A DNA stretch of 64,000 nucleotides, from positions 24,614,001 to 24,678,000 of the forward strand of contig OX597835.1 of NCBI GenBank assembly GCA_951406725.2, in the 5' to 3' direction. The translations under genes and the position numbers were made by a program. Source of the stretch: Octopus vulgaris. Its lineage: Eukaryota. This document shows positions 1-12,585 of this stretch, one piece after another; the stretch's first letter is position 1; every line of letters starts with the position of its first letter. The notes under the pieces were generated by a model. The model did not search any database. It saw only the letters and a program-made list of their open reading frames with translations, and was not told the DNA's origin.

Positions 1-182
1 GCAACAGTAATATGGTGAAGAGTGTGACAGTCGTGGAACGTGACGATAAGCCTGACGCCCACACAATGCACCCGGGGTGGGCAGAATGGGGCTACAAGCT
101 GCTTTTAAGTGGGGGTGGCTGTATGTGTGTACGTGTGTGTGTGTGTGTGAGTGTGCGTGTGTGTGTGTTTGTGAGTGAGTGA

Positions 183-242
<60 letters not shown>

Positions 243-1597
243 AAGCTTCTGAAGTTTTGCAGGTCAGATTGACGTAAAGGAAGGAAAAGCAGGACAGAAG
301 GAAAGCTGAAGGTATGAGAGAGAGAGAGACAGAAAGATAGAGAGAGAGAGTGAAAGATTGAGGGGGGAGAGAGAGGGGGAGACAGAGAGAAGGAAAGACG
401 GAAAGGTGAAGGGTGGGAGAATTCGTTGGGGGTGGGTGTGTGTGTGCTGCAGTGGAAGTGTATGGATCGAGGTGGAGGGAAGAGAGAAAGGGGAAAGGGT
501 GTAGGTAGGGAAAGGAAAGGAAGGACGTGGGAATGTGGGGTGAAAGAGAGCTTGCCATGTGTATGGGTGTGTGCTGAAGCAGAAGACGGAGGAGAAGGAG
601 AAGAAGGAGGAGGAGGCGGGAGAAAAAATTAAGAGGAAGGAGAAGAAGAAGAAGAGGAAGGAGAAGAAGGAGAAAGAAGGAGAAAGAAGAAGATGAAGAA
701 GAAGAAGATGAAGAAGAAGAAGAAGAAGAAGAAGAAGAAGAGAAAGAGGGAGAACAACAACAACAATAACAAAAACATGGAGAAGAAGAAAATGATGATG
801 ATGATGATGACGATGACGTGAGTGAAAGTATGAGTAAATATATGATTAAAGAGAAAGGATGAGGGGAGCAATTTAAAGTAAGCGTGAGAGTAAGTGAATT
901 TCGTACACACACACACACAGATGCACATGCGCATACACACGCATACATACACACACACATATACGTTCACAAACACACACACACACATACGTGCATACAC
1001 ACAGACACAGACACACACACAAGCATGCACACACATGTGCCTACACACACATGTGCATACACACACAAGTACATTCACACACATGTGCGTACACACACAT
1101 GTGCATACACACACACACGCTCACAAACACCCGCATATAGGCACACACACACACACACGTATATGAATGAATATAAGGACACATACATTTACATGCACAT
1201 GCATTCCCACACAACTGCACATTTCACATGCACAAGCGGAAAAAAGGAAAGGAGAAAGTGTGAATTAAAAAAGGAAACAAACAAAGAATGAAAGAAGGAT
1301 GGAAAGAACGAAAGAAAGAAATGGAGGGGGAGGAAGGAAGGGAGGAAGGAAGGAAGGAAGGAAGGAAGGAAGGAAGGAAGGAAGGATAGCACTGACCTGA
1401 CATAATCGGAAATAAAACGTGAATGTAACGAAGAGGGAGGAGGGATGTGTGAGAAGAAGAAGAGAAAAAGAGGAGAGGAGAGAGGAAAGGGAGAGAGAAG
1501 AGGAGGAGGAGAGGGAGAGGAATGAGAAAGAGGAGGGGAAAGAGAGGAGAAAGATAGGAGGAGGAGAGGGAGAGGAATGAGACAGAGGAGGGGAAAG

Positions 1598-1628
<31 letters not shown>

Positions 1629-2631
1629 GAAGACGAAGATTAGTGAGAAGGAACACAGAAAACGATGTTTCCAGAAAACCGAAGAGGGGAATGAAACGAG
1701 ACGGCAAAGATGCTGCAATAACGAAAATGTGTCCAAAGAATAAGCGAAACGGCAAGTAAAAAGCGAGGAACTTGTTTGAAAAGTCATATTAGGAGAGTCT
1801 GCTGCACCTACAATGCATGCGGTATATTGTGCAGCATCTCACTTGTAAGGTATGGGTGCATGGAGAGTTGAAACGATCGTAGTGGCTTTGAATATAAAGA
1901 GTTTCATGAATTCATTTTCTGTCTCTCATCTCTTTATACAAACTCTACGAACACAAAAGAATTCCAATATGTAAATCCAGTGGCATATACCTCCATACCG
2001 TTGTCGACATCAGGTAACCAAATACTGTGGGTGGGCTTGAAACTGCATACTACAAAGTGTCTATCCAAACATACAATTATTACTATATATATATATATTT
2101 TTTGTACTTTTCGTGATCTAGTTATATGTTTTATAATATATTTCATTTTTTCTATATGATATGGTTTATGTCTATCATTGTTTGAATTACATAATAGTGG
2201 TTTTTCTCTAATTTATATATATTATATATTTACATTGTGAAATTTGATTTAATACTAAATTGAATTTTTCCCTGTAAGTTTGGAGTTATACTCCCTAATA
2301 TATATATACCTATAAGTGTGTGTCTTTATACATACAATACATAAACATATATATGTGTGTGTGTACGAATATATGTATGTAGGTGTGTGTGTGTGTGTGT
2401 GCATGCGCGTGTGTCTCGTATATCTGCATTTGTCACCGCTTGACAATCAGTGCTGGTTTGTTTACGTCCCTGTAACTTCACTGTTCAGCAAAAACAAATT
2501 GATAGAATAACTACTAGATCTCAAAATAATTACTGGAGCTCATTTGATAGCCTAAAATCAGCAATCCCACTGTCAGATAAATTCAATAGCCCCCCCCCCC
2601 CCCCCATCCACTTTAATTATTTCCAATGTTC

Positions 2632-2730
<99 letters not shown>

Positions 2731-2834
2731 GTTAGCTCTATTTTTCGTCGAAGGCCGGATGAGCTCTTTGTGAGCTGACGGCCACCCAGTTGGGAAACGC
2801 AACTGCAAATCACTTCCAATATCTTCCAATATCA

Positions 2835-3238
2835 GCGGCGAGCTGGCCGAATCGTTAGCACGCCAGGCGAAATGCTGAGTGGTATTTCGTCTGTCTTTAC
2901 GTTCTCAGTTCAAATTCCGCCGAGGTCGACTTTGCCTTTCATCCTTTCGGGGTCGATTAAATAAGTACCAGTTACGCACTGGGGTCCATGTAATCGACTT
3001 AATCCGTTTGTCTGTCCTTGTTTGTCCCCTCTGTGGTTAGCCCCTTGTGGGTAGTAAAGAAATAGGTATTTCGTCTGTCTTTTACGTTCTGAGTTCAAAT
3101 TCCGCCGAGGTCGACTTTGCCTTTCATCATTTCGGGGTCGATAAATTAAGTACCAGTTGCGTAACTGGGGCCGATCTAATCGACTGCCCCCCCACCCTCA
3201 CCCAAAATTTCGAGCCTTGTGCCTAGAGTAGAAAAGAA
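2835..3238 (+). mobile_element. tRNA-headed SINE family A, dimeric copy
   Basis: Head GGCGAGCTGGCCGAATCGTTAGCACG with B-box-like GAGTTCAAATTCC, then GTCGACTTTGCCTTTCATCCTTTCGGGGTCGAT. The ~184 bp body is repeated. More than 10 homologous copies occur in the window. Confidence 0.85.
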
Positions 3239-3455
3239 TATCTTTGCCAAGTAAACAGTCTAAGGAAAACACTTCGAGGAAAAACAGAGGAAAAAATTAC
3301 GATAAAAATATTTTAAAACTCAGATATTGGAAAGACTTAGAATAAATGGAAAAACAATATAAGAAACGATTGAATTTATCGTCGAATAACCCAAATATAT
3401 CCGCGACATTGCTGAGTTTAGGTTATCGAATGAACTCCAGTACTTATTTTGAGAT

Positions 3456-3870
3456 GGAGTGGCTGTGTGGTAAGTAGCTTGTTTACCAACCACATTGTTC
3501 CGGGTTCAGTCCTACTGCGTGGCACCTTGGGCAAGTGTCTTCTACTATAGCCTCGGGCCGACCAATGCCTTGTGAGTGGATTTGGTAGACGGAAACTGAA
3601 AGAAGCCCGTCGTATATATGTATATATATATACATATATATATATGTGTGTGTGTGTGTGTTCGTGTGACTGTGTTTGTCCCCCTAGCATTGCTTGACAA
3701 CCGATGCTGGTGTGTTTATGTCCCCGTTACTTAGCGGTTCGGCAAAAGAGACCGATAGAATAAGTACTGGGCTTACAAAGAATAAGTCCCGGGGTCGATT
3801 TGCTCGACTAAAGGCGGTGCCCCAGCATGGCCGCAGTCAAATGACTGAAACAAGTAAAAGAGTAAAAGAG
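3456..3870 (+). mobile_element. SINE family B, near full length, with internal (TA)n(TG)n
   Basis: Head GGAGTGGCTGTGTGGTAAG...GGGTTCAGTCC, CORE-like CACCTTGGGCAAGTGTCTT, internal microsatellite, tail ending GTAAAAGAGTAAAAGAG. Many copies are in the window. Confidence 0.85.
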
Positions 3871-3894
3871 TATATATGTATACATATATATATG

Positions 3895-4089
3895 CCATGA
3901 TAGATCGTTAGCGCCGACACGCATTTTTTTTCTCTCCTTGTTTTTTTTCTGTGTATCTTTCTGTCGAAGAGCGTAGGCTCGAAACGTAAAAGACTTGTTC
4001 TATTTCTATTCCTGAGCGCCATACTAATACATTTGTTTGTTTGTACTCCACCTGCCTTCGTCTTTTATTTATTTTCGTAAACCTTCCCG

Positions 4090-4090
<1 letters not shown>
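3895..4090 (+). mobile_element. Short Penelope-like non-autonomous element (family P1) with minimal hammerhead motif
   Basis: Homologous to ~9 other copies, all flanked by microsatellite. Contains TCTTT-CTGTCGA-A-GAGC-GTAG-GCTC-GAAAC-GTA-AAAGA at 3956-3993. Confidence 0.65.
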
Positions 4091-4131
<41 letters not shown>

Positions 4132-4284
4132 TTTAATTGTCGAGTATACCCATATGTATGTATGTATGTAGGTAGGTAGGTAGTAGGTAGGTGGGTAGGT
4201 AGGTGAGTGGGTAGGTATGTAGGAAGATATGTATGAATATACACGCACGCACGTACACTCACTCACAGATAGATGGGTAGAAAC

Positions 4285-4345
<61 letters not shown>

Positions 4346-4676
4346 TAGATGTATATGTATTGCATGTGCTTGCATGGGTGTGTGTTTGTATCACTAAATA
4401 TCTACATTCATACACTAAATAAGTGGCATTGCTTCAACAAAATACTCTAGACGGCATTGATTAAAAACTGAATACTTGAGAGGGCGACGCATGCGCACAT
4501 AGATACACAAATATCTTCTCATCCACGTAAACTCAAATGACGGCAGTCGATGAGTCTACTTTAAGATGTCACTTAATGTCGAAGCAGATAACTCATTTCT
4601 CCATTTCCTTTACAATGTTTACTTTATATGTGCCGTTTGTATTAGTACGAACGATTAAGTTGAAATATCTAAACAT

Positions 4677-4780
4677 AGGCGTGGTTGTGTGGTAAGAAGC
4701 TTACTTTCCAACCACATGGTTCCGGGTTCAGTCCCATTGCATGGCAACTTGGGCAAGTGTCTTCTACTATAGCCTATGGC
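4677..4780 (+). mobile_element. SINE family B, 5' fragment
   Basis: GGCGTGGTTGTGTGGTAAGAAGC...GGCAAGTGTCTTCTACTATAGCC matches the head of the 3456 copy. Confidence 0.8.
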
Positions 4781-4817
4781 AAAATTTGATATTATTATTA
4801 TTATTATTATTAATAAT

Positions 4818-4970
4818 AAGGCTGTGAGCTGGCAGAATCGTTAGCGCGCCGGGCGAAATGCTTAGCGGTATTTCACCCGTCGCTATGTTCTGAGTTCAAA
4901 TTTGACCAAGGTCGAAGTACCGCCTACCACAAAATTTTACTCTTTGTGCTTACTGTAGAAAAAATCATTA

Positions 4971-5064
<94 letters not shown>

Positions 5065-5275
5065 TAGGCGAGCTTACTGAATCGTCAGCACGCTGGACGA
5101 AATGTTTGGGGTATTTCGCCCGTCGCTACGTTCTGGGTTCAAATTGTGCCTAGATCGACTTTGTCTTTCATCCTTTCAGGGTCAATAAATCAAGTACCAG
5201 TGAAATATTGGAGTCGATGTAATGGACTAGTCCCCTCCCCACAAATTTCAGTCCCTGCACCATTAGTAGAAATGT
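4818..5275 (+). mobile_element. Two SINE family A copies separated by (TA)n
   Basis: Heads at ~4818 and ~5065 match family A. Confidence 0.75.
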
Positions 5276-5364
5276 CTATTATTAATATGTATATATAAGA
5301 AGGAAAGAAAATGGAGATTAGGGAGTTAATAATTGCTTATTATTAGCAGCAAATTAATCATCTT

Positions 5365-5443
5365 CACTTATAGCTGTTTCAATTAATGCTCAGTAAATAT
5401 TAAATTTATATCCATTTGACCTGAGCATAATATCTTCAGAGAG
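5365..5443 (-). ncRNA. Degenerate type I hammerhead-like motif with long stem II
   Basis: Minus strand CTGAAGA, then ATTATGCTCAG...CTGAGCATTAAT stem, then GAAACAGCTATA. It sits in an imperfect inverted repeat (~5312-5382 vs ~5514-5580). Confidence 0.4.
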
Positions 5444-5623
5444 AAAAAATATATACCCTTGGATGTTTTATGTGTTTATGGATTCAATATAATAGGCGCT
5501 ATAATGAATTATTTGAAACAGCTGTAAGGGATGATTAATTTGCTATTAATAATAAACAGTTATTAACTTGCCAATCTCTAAATTCTTTTTCTTCTTTTGT
5601 ATGAATATAAACTACGTTTTTAT

Positions 5624-5839
5624 ATTCTTTTATTCTTTTACTTGTTACAGTCATTTGAATGCAGCCATGCTGGAGCACCGTCTTTAGTCGAACAAATCGA
5701 CCCTAGGTCTTATTCTTTGTAAGCTTAGTAATTATTCTCTCGGTCTCTTTTGCCGAACCACTAAGTTATGGGGACGTAAACACACCAACATCATTTGTCA
5801 AGCGATGGTGGGGGGACAAACACACACACACACATGAAT

Positions 5840-5917
<78 letters not shown>

Positions 5918-5959
5918 GACGGGCTTCTTTCAATTTTCGTCTACCAAATCCACTCACAT
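5624..5959 (-). mobile_element. SINE family B, 5'-truncated
   Basis: Reverse complement of the family B tail and internal microsatellite. Confidence 0.8.
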
Positions 5960-6105
5960 ATATATATATATATATAACCAATATATATACAAATGTATAT
6001 ATGTATATATAGTTAATCCAAACAAGAAAACAAAAAGACAACAACGCAAGGACGTGGAACAAATAAAGTATTATTGGACGCTCAGGAAAGAAGGGAAGAA
6101 GGAGG

Positions 6106-6140
6106 GTTTGACGTTTCGAACGGAGCCCTTCGTCGGAAAC
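6106..6140 (-). ncRNA. Minimal type I hammerhead ribozyme motif in family P1 element (~6015-6210)
   Basis: Minus strand GTTT-CCGACGA-A-GGGC-TCC-GTTC-GAAAC-GTC-AAAC: 4-bp stem I, core CCGACGA, stem II, palindromic ACGT stem III, GUC cleavage triplet. Confidence 0.65.
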
Positions 6141-6728
6141 ATAGGAGAAGGAAAGGTCCTGAGAAGGGAAGACAGAGGAAAAAAATCGCTAGTGATACAG
6201 ACGAGGTCGTGTGCGCGCGCCTGCGTATGTATATGTGTGTTATATTCGTGTGTCTGGGTGGCGTTGTATAGTTTTGAATGTGGTTTTAATAAGTGAAGCA
6301 ATACTCGAAAATTTGAAGTCACTGTCTGTATTATTTCTTTGTGCTTTTCTTTGTTTTGACGTGTATGTGCAAGTGCGCACGCACGCGTGTGTGTGTGTGT
6401 GCGCGCGCATGCATACACTCGCAGAATCAAATGAGTTTTCACGGAAAGGTTACGAACATCGGTGAAGTGAAAATTTGTCAAGTGGTAGAGAGATCGTATA
6501 TAGGGCGCCATTGACCCAGTCTTGGGTGAAACGGTATTTGATATCCTGGCTGACCTAAATGTTTTTGCAAACGAATGTATGACGTAATACTGATCTGGAT
6601 GTGTATTTATACACACACTCACACACACATATATATACACACATACAAATATACGTATATATACATTCATAAATTCACAAACATTCATAAGTGAAGTTAA
6701 TAAAATTAGTAAATGAATAGTTTCCCTT

Positions 6729-6805
<77 letters not shown>

Positions 6806-7250
6806 TTACGTATGTATGTATGTATGTAGGTATTTATGTAATTATACTCATGTATCCGCACACAAATACACCCCCGCCACACACATACACGTGTATATTT
6901 CCCACGTACCCACAAACAATTACATACATACATACATACAAACATACATACATACATACATACATACATACATACATACATACATACATACATACATGCA
7001 TACATACATACATATATGTGATATATGTATGTATAAACATACACATACATATATATTTGTGTATTTCTAAATATATTTTGTATACGTGTATGTATATATA
7101 TGTGTGTGTGTGTATGTATGTATGTATGTATCTGTACAAGACATTGTAGATCTTTAGCTGGGCTAAAAAGTCACATTCGATCACAGCACCAGTAACAGTT
7201 AAGCTTCGTGCAATGGCCATACTCGAAAACGAGGGGGCAGCCATAAAGTA

Positions 7251-7294
<44 letters not shown>

Positions 7295-7295
7295 A

Positions 7296-7338
<43 letters not shown>

Positions 7339-7439
7339 TGTAAGATCCAGGGATCGAAGAGCGGGAAGAAAGTTAGCTCCAAGTAATCCGTAGTAAATAT
7401 ATATTTAAAAAAATGTAACCTTAAATTTAATCAAGATAT

Positions 7440-7530
7440 CCTTGGCCTGAAGAGTAACCGGCGATATACTCCTCGCTTGGATATTTACCAATTCTGAGGT
7501 TCCACCTGCTATGAAACATTTGTAGCTCGG
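7440..7530 (+). ncRNA. Type I hammerhead-like motif
   Basis: CCTTGGC-CTGAAGA-GTA...TAT-GAAA-CA-TT-TG-TA-GCTCGG. Canonical core, short stem III and GUA triplet, with imperfect stems I and II. Confidence 0.5.
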
Positions 7531-7579
7531 ATCTTACCTACTCCATTCCGTAACACTTGTATGTATGTATGTATGTATG

Positions 7580-7627
<48 letters not shown>

Positions 7628-7629
7628 AA

Positions 7630-7822
7630 GAATACAAAAATGGGACAAGAACGCAAAACATCCAGACAGTTAGATGATACAAAAAAGGGACAAGAAAAAA
7701 CAAGAACGGGTCATTCGGAGTTTTATTTCGTCAGTCGAGTTCCAGATTATCTTTGCAGTTTCGGCTAGTTATACTCGTGACTGCTCCAATCTGGCCAGGC
7801 CTAAGAAAAATCTAAGCAGGAA
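7630..7822. mobile_element. Interspersed repeat family D, microsatellite-embedded
   Basis: AAAATGGGACAAGAACGCAAA...CGGGTCATTCG...TGCTCCAATC is homologous to 24283-24530 and, in reverse, to ~26990-27060. Confidence 0.65.
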
Positions 7823-7834
7823 GAGCCAATCACA

Positions 7835-8025
7835 ATTGAGGGGGCACCTGTGGAAGACGTTAGTGAGTTTGTCTATCTTGGCAGTAAGATCAGCAAATCA
7901 AGTGGATCAGACGAGGACATCACGAGAAGAAGCAAGAAGGCTTGGCAATCCTCCGCTATTCTTCGGCCGGTATGGAAGTCCACTGCCATCTCAACTCGAA
8001 CTAAACTCCGCTGTTTTTGTTCCCA
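7835..8025 (+). pseudogene. RTE-clade LINE reverse transcriptase fragment
   Basis: Translation EDVSEFVYLGSKISKSSGSDEDITRRSKKAW...VWKSTAISTRTKLR matches the F(V)YLGS...I..R..KA...IW....IS..TKLR region of RTE-type ORFs. Confidence 0.8.
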
Positions 8026-8551
8026 ACTTTGACCTTCCATAAATCCTAAATTTTAAGGGAGCAGCTGTCTTTGAAGACTCATATTTTCGTTGAATGCTCG
8101 AAATGAGGAGTAGATAGACAGCCGACAACTTATGAAGGGTCGTTCTCTGTGTTTACTTGTCCTGTTTTCCATTCTCTCTCGTTGTTTTCGTATTTAACGC
8201 GTTTGTTTTTGTATTTCATGTTGTTTACACAGTTGTTTCATGTTTACACAGGCGGTGCTACTAGTTTTGGCCAGCTGAGTAGATTGGAGCACCGTGAAAT
8301 AAACATACATGTATACATACATACATACAGGCAGATATCTAGATAGATAGATTGATAGATATAGATATCCTCTAAAAGGGATGTTATTATCCAAGCTTCT
8401 CCGGTTTAATCTTATATATCGATGTAAAAGTCCAAGAATCCAGTATAACTATGAGTTAACTATTGAAACACATGTAGATTGCAGAGAATTTTGACAAAAT
8501 GTAAATAAATTGAATTTTATCAGTTAGAATTCTCCATTTTCTCCTTATAAT

Positions 8552-8646
<95 letters not shown>

Positions 8647-8671
8647 TGATATATATATATAGTTGAAATTT

Positions 8672-8830
8672 ATAGAAAAACAAAAGACGAAGACAGGTGT
8701 ATGAACAAGCAAGTGTATTTGTTTGACGTTCGGTAAAAATATGTCTTTTATGTTTCGAGCCAACGCTCTTCAACAGAATGTAATAAGAGGTAAAAAAAAA
8801 AAAATAGGGAGTGAATGAAGAAAATGTGTA
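8672..8830 (-). mobile_element. Family P1 element with degenerate hammerhead
   Basis: Minus strand CTGTTGA-A-GAGC-GTTG-GCTC-GAAACATA. Flanks match the other P1 copies. Confidence 0.6.
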
Positions 8831-8833
8831 GAG

Positions 8834-8908
8834 TTCTACTATAGCCTCGGGCCGACCAAAGCCTTGTGAGTGAATTTAGTAGACGGAAACTGAAAGACGC
8901 CCGTCGTA

Positions 8909-8957
<49 letters not shown>

Positions 8958-9409
8958 ATAATAAATATTAGGGAATAAATCCAAATTTACAGGGAAAATC
9001 AGATTTAGGATTGAATCCAATTTTATAGTAAAATATTATATAATATTAATTAGAGACAAAACCACTATTTTGCAAATCAAACAAAGAAAGACTTAATCCA
9101 ATACATCAAAAAATTTTAATATAAATTAAATAAAATTATATAAAATTATATATGTATGTATATGTATATATATTTTTAGATATAGGGTAAAAAATTATTA
9201 ATTTATAATCAATAAATTTCACAAAGTAGTTTCGGTATGGGAAGGAAAGTTTTATATATAATTATAACAATAATTAAGGGTTTAGCAACGAGTTTAGCAA
9301 CCACATACCGAAAAATTTAGAAATAGCAGCCAAAAGACCGTTATTATTTTTTTTTCGGTATAAGGTTAAGCAACTGGTTGCTAAACCCTTAATTATTGTT
9401 ATCTATCTA

Positions 9410-9502
<93 letters not shown>

Positions 9503-9706
9503 GGTGTATATTTGTGTCTGTGTTTCTCACCAGCACCACCACCATCGTTTGACAACCGATGTTGGTGTGTTTACATCTCCGTAACATAGTGGTTCGGCAA
9601 AAGGAATCGATAGAATAAGTACTAGGCTTATAAAGAATAAGTCCTGGGGTCGATTTATACGGTGCTCCAGCATGGCTGCAGTCCAGTGATTGAAACAAAT
9701 GAAAGA

Positions 9707-9708
<2 letters not shown>
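8834..9708 (+). mobile_element. SINE family B split by nested insertions in its internal microsatellite
   Basis: 5' part at 8834-8910 and 3' part at ~9510-9708. Between them are an AT-rich family G element (~8960-9240) and an inverted-repeat element (9264-9402). Confidence 0.7.
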
Positions 9709-9737
<29 letters not shown>

Positions 9738-9865
9738 AAATAACGAAGGTGTCCGTGTGTGTGTGTCCGTGTGTGTGTGTGTATGTGTGTATTTACATAT
9801 CCGTGTACATATGATATCACTACTATCTGAAGTTCTTTCCCACCCTTCTCTTTCCCTTTCTCTCT

Positions 9866-9912
<47 letters not shown>

Positions 9913-10517
9913 CATACAACGTGTGTGTGTGAATACTTGTAGACGTGTACCCCAGCGTGTGTGTGTGTGTGTGTGTGTGTGAGTGTGTGGTTGCGTACAC
10001 ATGTTATCTTGCTTGATACTATACAAAACCCATATTTTTTGTTATGAAAGACAAACCCCATTTTTCTAAATCCCTAAAGATCAAAAGAGAAAAGAAAGAA
10101 AAAAAAAACACTTCTCTCAATGAAATTGTTTCTTCTTATTGTTTTTTTTCTTTTTTGTTATTTTATTCTGATGAATGGCGGGAGTAACGGAAGCGAAAAA
10201 AAAAACAAAAACATACGCAACAACACTTTTTATGTCACACATACAAGACAGCAAGTTCCTTCGCTCTACGCACACTTACGCGCACACACGCATGCACACA
10301 CACATATGTACACACGTATCTTTATGGGTTTAGTGTGTGTGGGTGTGTGTGCGTGTGTGTGTGGGTATGTGTGCATGTGTGTGTGTGTGTGTATCTTTCT
10401 GTGCGTCTTTCTCCGCTCGACAAACCTTTAGAATACGAACCAAATTTAAAAGTATTGATGTCTAATACATGTGTTGCCCTAGCATGGCCGCAGCCCAATG
10501 ACTGAAACACGTAAATC

Positions 10518-10564
<47 letters not shown>

Positions 10565-10579
10565 AGTGTGTGTGTGTGT

Positions 10580-10785
10580 GGGCGTGGGTGTGTGACAAAA
10601 AGTTTCCTTTCTAACCACATGGCCCCGGGTTCCACTACTATAGCCTCGGGCCGACCAAAGCCTTGTGAGTGGATTTGGTTGACGGAAACTGAAGGAATCC
10701 TGTTGTGTATATGTGTGTGTGTGTGTGAGTGTACGTACGTATGTATGTATGTATATGTTTGTGTGTCCCCATCATTGCTTGGTGG
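10580..10785 (+). mobile_element. SINE family B, partial
   Basis: CTACTATAGCCTCGGGCCGACCAAAGCCTTGTGAGTGGATTTGG, as in the other B copies. Confidence 0.7.
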
Positions 10786-11387
10786 TGGCGGCGATGGTGG
10801 TGGCGATGGTGGAGGTGATGAATGGAGAAGTAGTGGAATATGAGGCGATGGAGTTGAAAACGGAAGATGGCCGAGGAGGAAAGGGATATGGAAAAGTAAG
10901 GAGCAAGGACAAGAGAGAGAGAGAGAATGAGATTGAGAGAGAGTGAGAGAGAGAGAGATGGGGAAAGAGAGAGAAGCGGGACCGAGATATTTATCAGGTT
11001 TCCGGTGGCAAACATGTCGGTAAGGTATCGATTTCGGAGAGGGTCTGCACTGTTAAATGAAACAGATAAAACAAAAACAAAAAAAAAACAAAAGAAAAAA
11101 AGGACGGGGTGGCGGGAATGAGATGGGTGGAGGTGGTGTTGGTGACGTGTTGGTTTGTTGCTGCTGTTGTTGTTGTTGTTGTTTTGCTCCAGGTTAGTCC
11201 TAGATCTAGAAGACAGGCTTATGATGAAAAGGACAATGTAGCCATGAGCATCCGGACTTTTATTTTCTGGCATAGTGTATCTTGGACTACAGTGAATTGA
11301 GGAGACGTTGAATGTATCTCGATTTACAAATGGACTAAAGTATGGCCGGCACGGGAGCGGGCAGATATGAAATGCGTAGGTAATGTG

Positions 11388-11836
11388 TTTCAATTTTTGG
11401 CACAAGGCCAGCAATTTTGGTAGCGGGGAGATTAATCGATTACATCAATCCCAGTGTTCAACTGGTACCTTATTTTATCGATGCCGAAAGGATGAAAGGT
11501 AAATTCGACCTCGGCGGCATCTGAACTCAGAACCTTAAGTCGGAAGAAATACTGCTGAACATTTTTTCCGGTGCGGTAACCATTCTGCCAGCTCGCTGCC
11601 TTAAATGCATATGTTACACTGGTTTCCAATTTTTGGCACAAGGCCAGCAATTTCGGGGGAGGGGCTAAGTCAATTACATCGATCCCCAGTATTCAACTGG
11701 TACTCATTTCATCGATCCTAAAAGGATGAAAGGCAAAGTCGACTCGATGGAATTTGAACTCAGAATATAAAGACGGACGAAATGCCACTAAGCATTTTGT
11801 CCGGTGTGCTAACGATTCTGCCAGCTCACTGCCTTA
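11388..11836 (-). mobile_element. Two tandem SINE family A copies
   Basis: Reverse complement family A units at ~11388-11605 and ~11620-11836. Confidence 0.8.
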
Positions 11837-11954
11837 AATGAATAAATTCTATTGATTATGTAAAAAGTTGAGTAAAGATTGACTGAATGAGTAAAGTTTG
11901 AGTGACTGAGTGAAGATTAACTGAATGAGTGACTGGAGTATTAAATTACGGATT

Positions 11955-12170
11955 AAGGCGGCGTGGAGCTGGCAGAATCGTTAGCACGCTGGGCGAAATG
12001 CTTTGCGGCATTTGTCCATCTTCACGGTCTGAGTTCGAATTCCGCCTTGGTCGACTTCGTATTTCATCATTTCGGAGTCGATAAGTACTAGTTAAACACT
12101 GGGGTCGATGTAATCAACTTACTCCATCCCCCGAACTTGCTGGCCTTGTGCCAAAATTTGAAACCAATAT
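11955..12170 (+). mobile_element. SINE family A, opposite orientation to the preceding pair
   Basis: GAGCTGGCAGAATCGTTAGCACG...GGCCTTGTGCCAAAATTTGAAACC. Confidence 0.8.
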
Positions 12171-12254
12171 TAAATCATGGATTGATTAAATGGTTTATTG
12201 AATGGGTTAGTGGACGGATTATTAGTTAATTCATTAAGTACCTATCAAATGGTG

Positions 12255-12585
12255 ACGGCACATGGCTCTATGGTTAGACTGTCGGGTTTACAATCGTGTG
12301 GTTCTGAGTTCAATTCCTGGACTGAGCTGTGTGTTCTGTTCTTGAGCAAGACACCTTATTTCACGTTGCTATAGTTCACTCAGCTGTAGATATGAGTTGT
12401 CACTGGTGCCATGCTGTATCGACCCCTTTGCCTTTCCCTTGGATAACATCAGTGGCATGGAGAAGGAAGGTTGGTATGCATGGGAGACTGTTAGTCTTCC
12501 AGAAACAACTCTTCCCAGATTTGGGGAATTTTCTGTGCAATCCCATGGACATTCGTGACCGAAGGGTGTGTTTACCCTTTTACTA
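12255..12585 (+). mobile_element. Older tRNA-headed CORE-like SINE (family E)
   Basis: TGGCTCTATGGTTAG...GAGTTCAATTCC...TTCTTGAGCAAGACACC...CACTCAGCTGTA. Related copies lie at ~54015-54250 (minus) and ~63590-63705. Confidence 0.6.

Noticed and set aside
1-95. Minus-strand frame PHSAHPGCIVWASGLSSRSTTVTLFTILLL after a TTGTAG, resembling a hydrophobic leader exon
   Set aside because: There is no start codon or recognisable homology, and it is cut by the window edge.
2753-2785. CGGATGA-GCTC-TTTGT-GAGC hairpin resembling a hammerhead
   Set aside because: It is followed by TGAC rather than GAAA, and there is no stem III.
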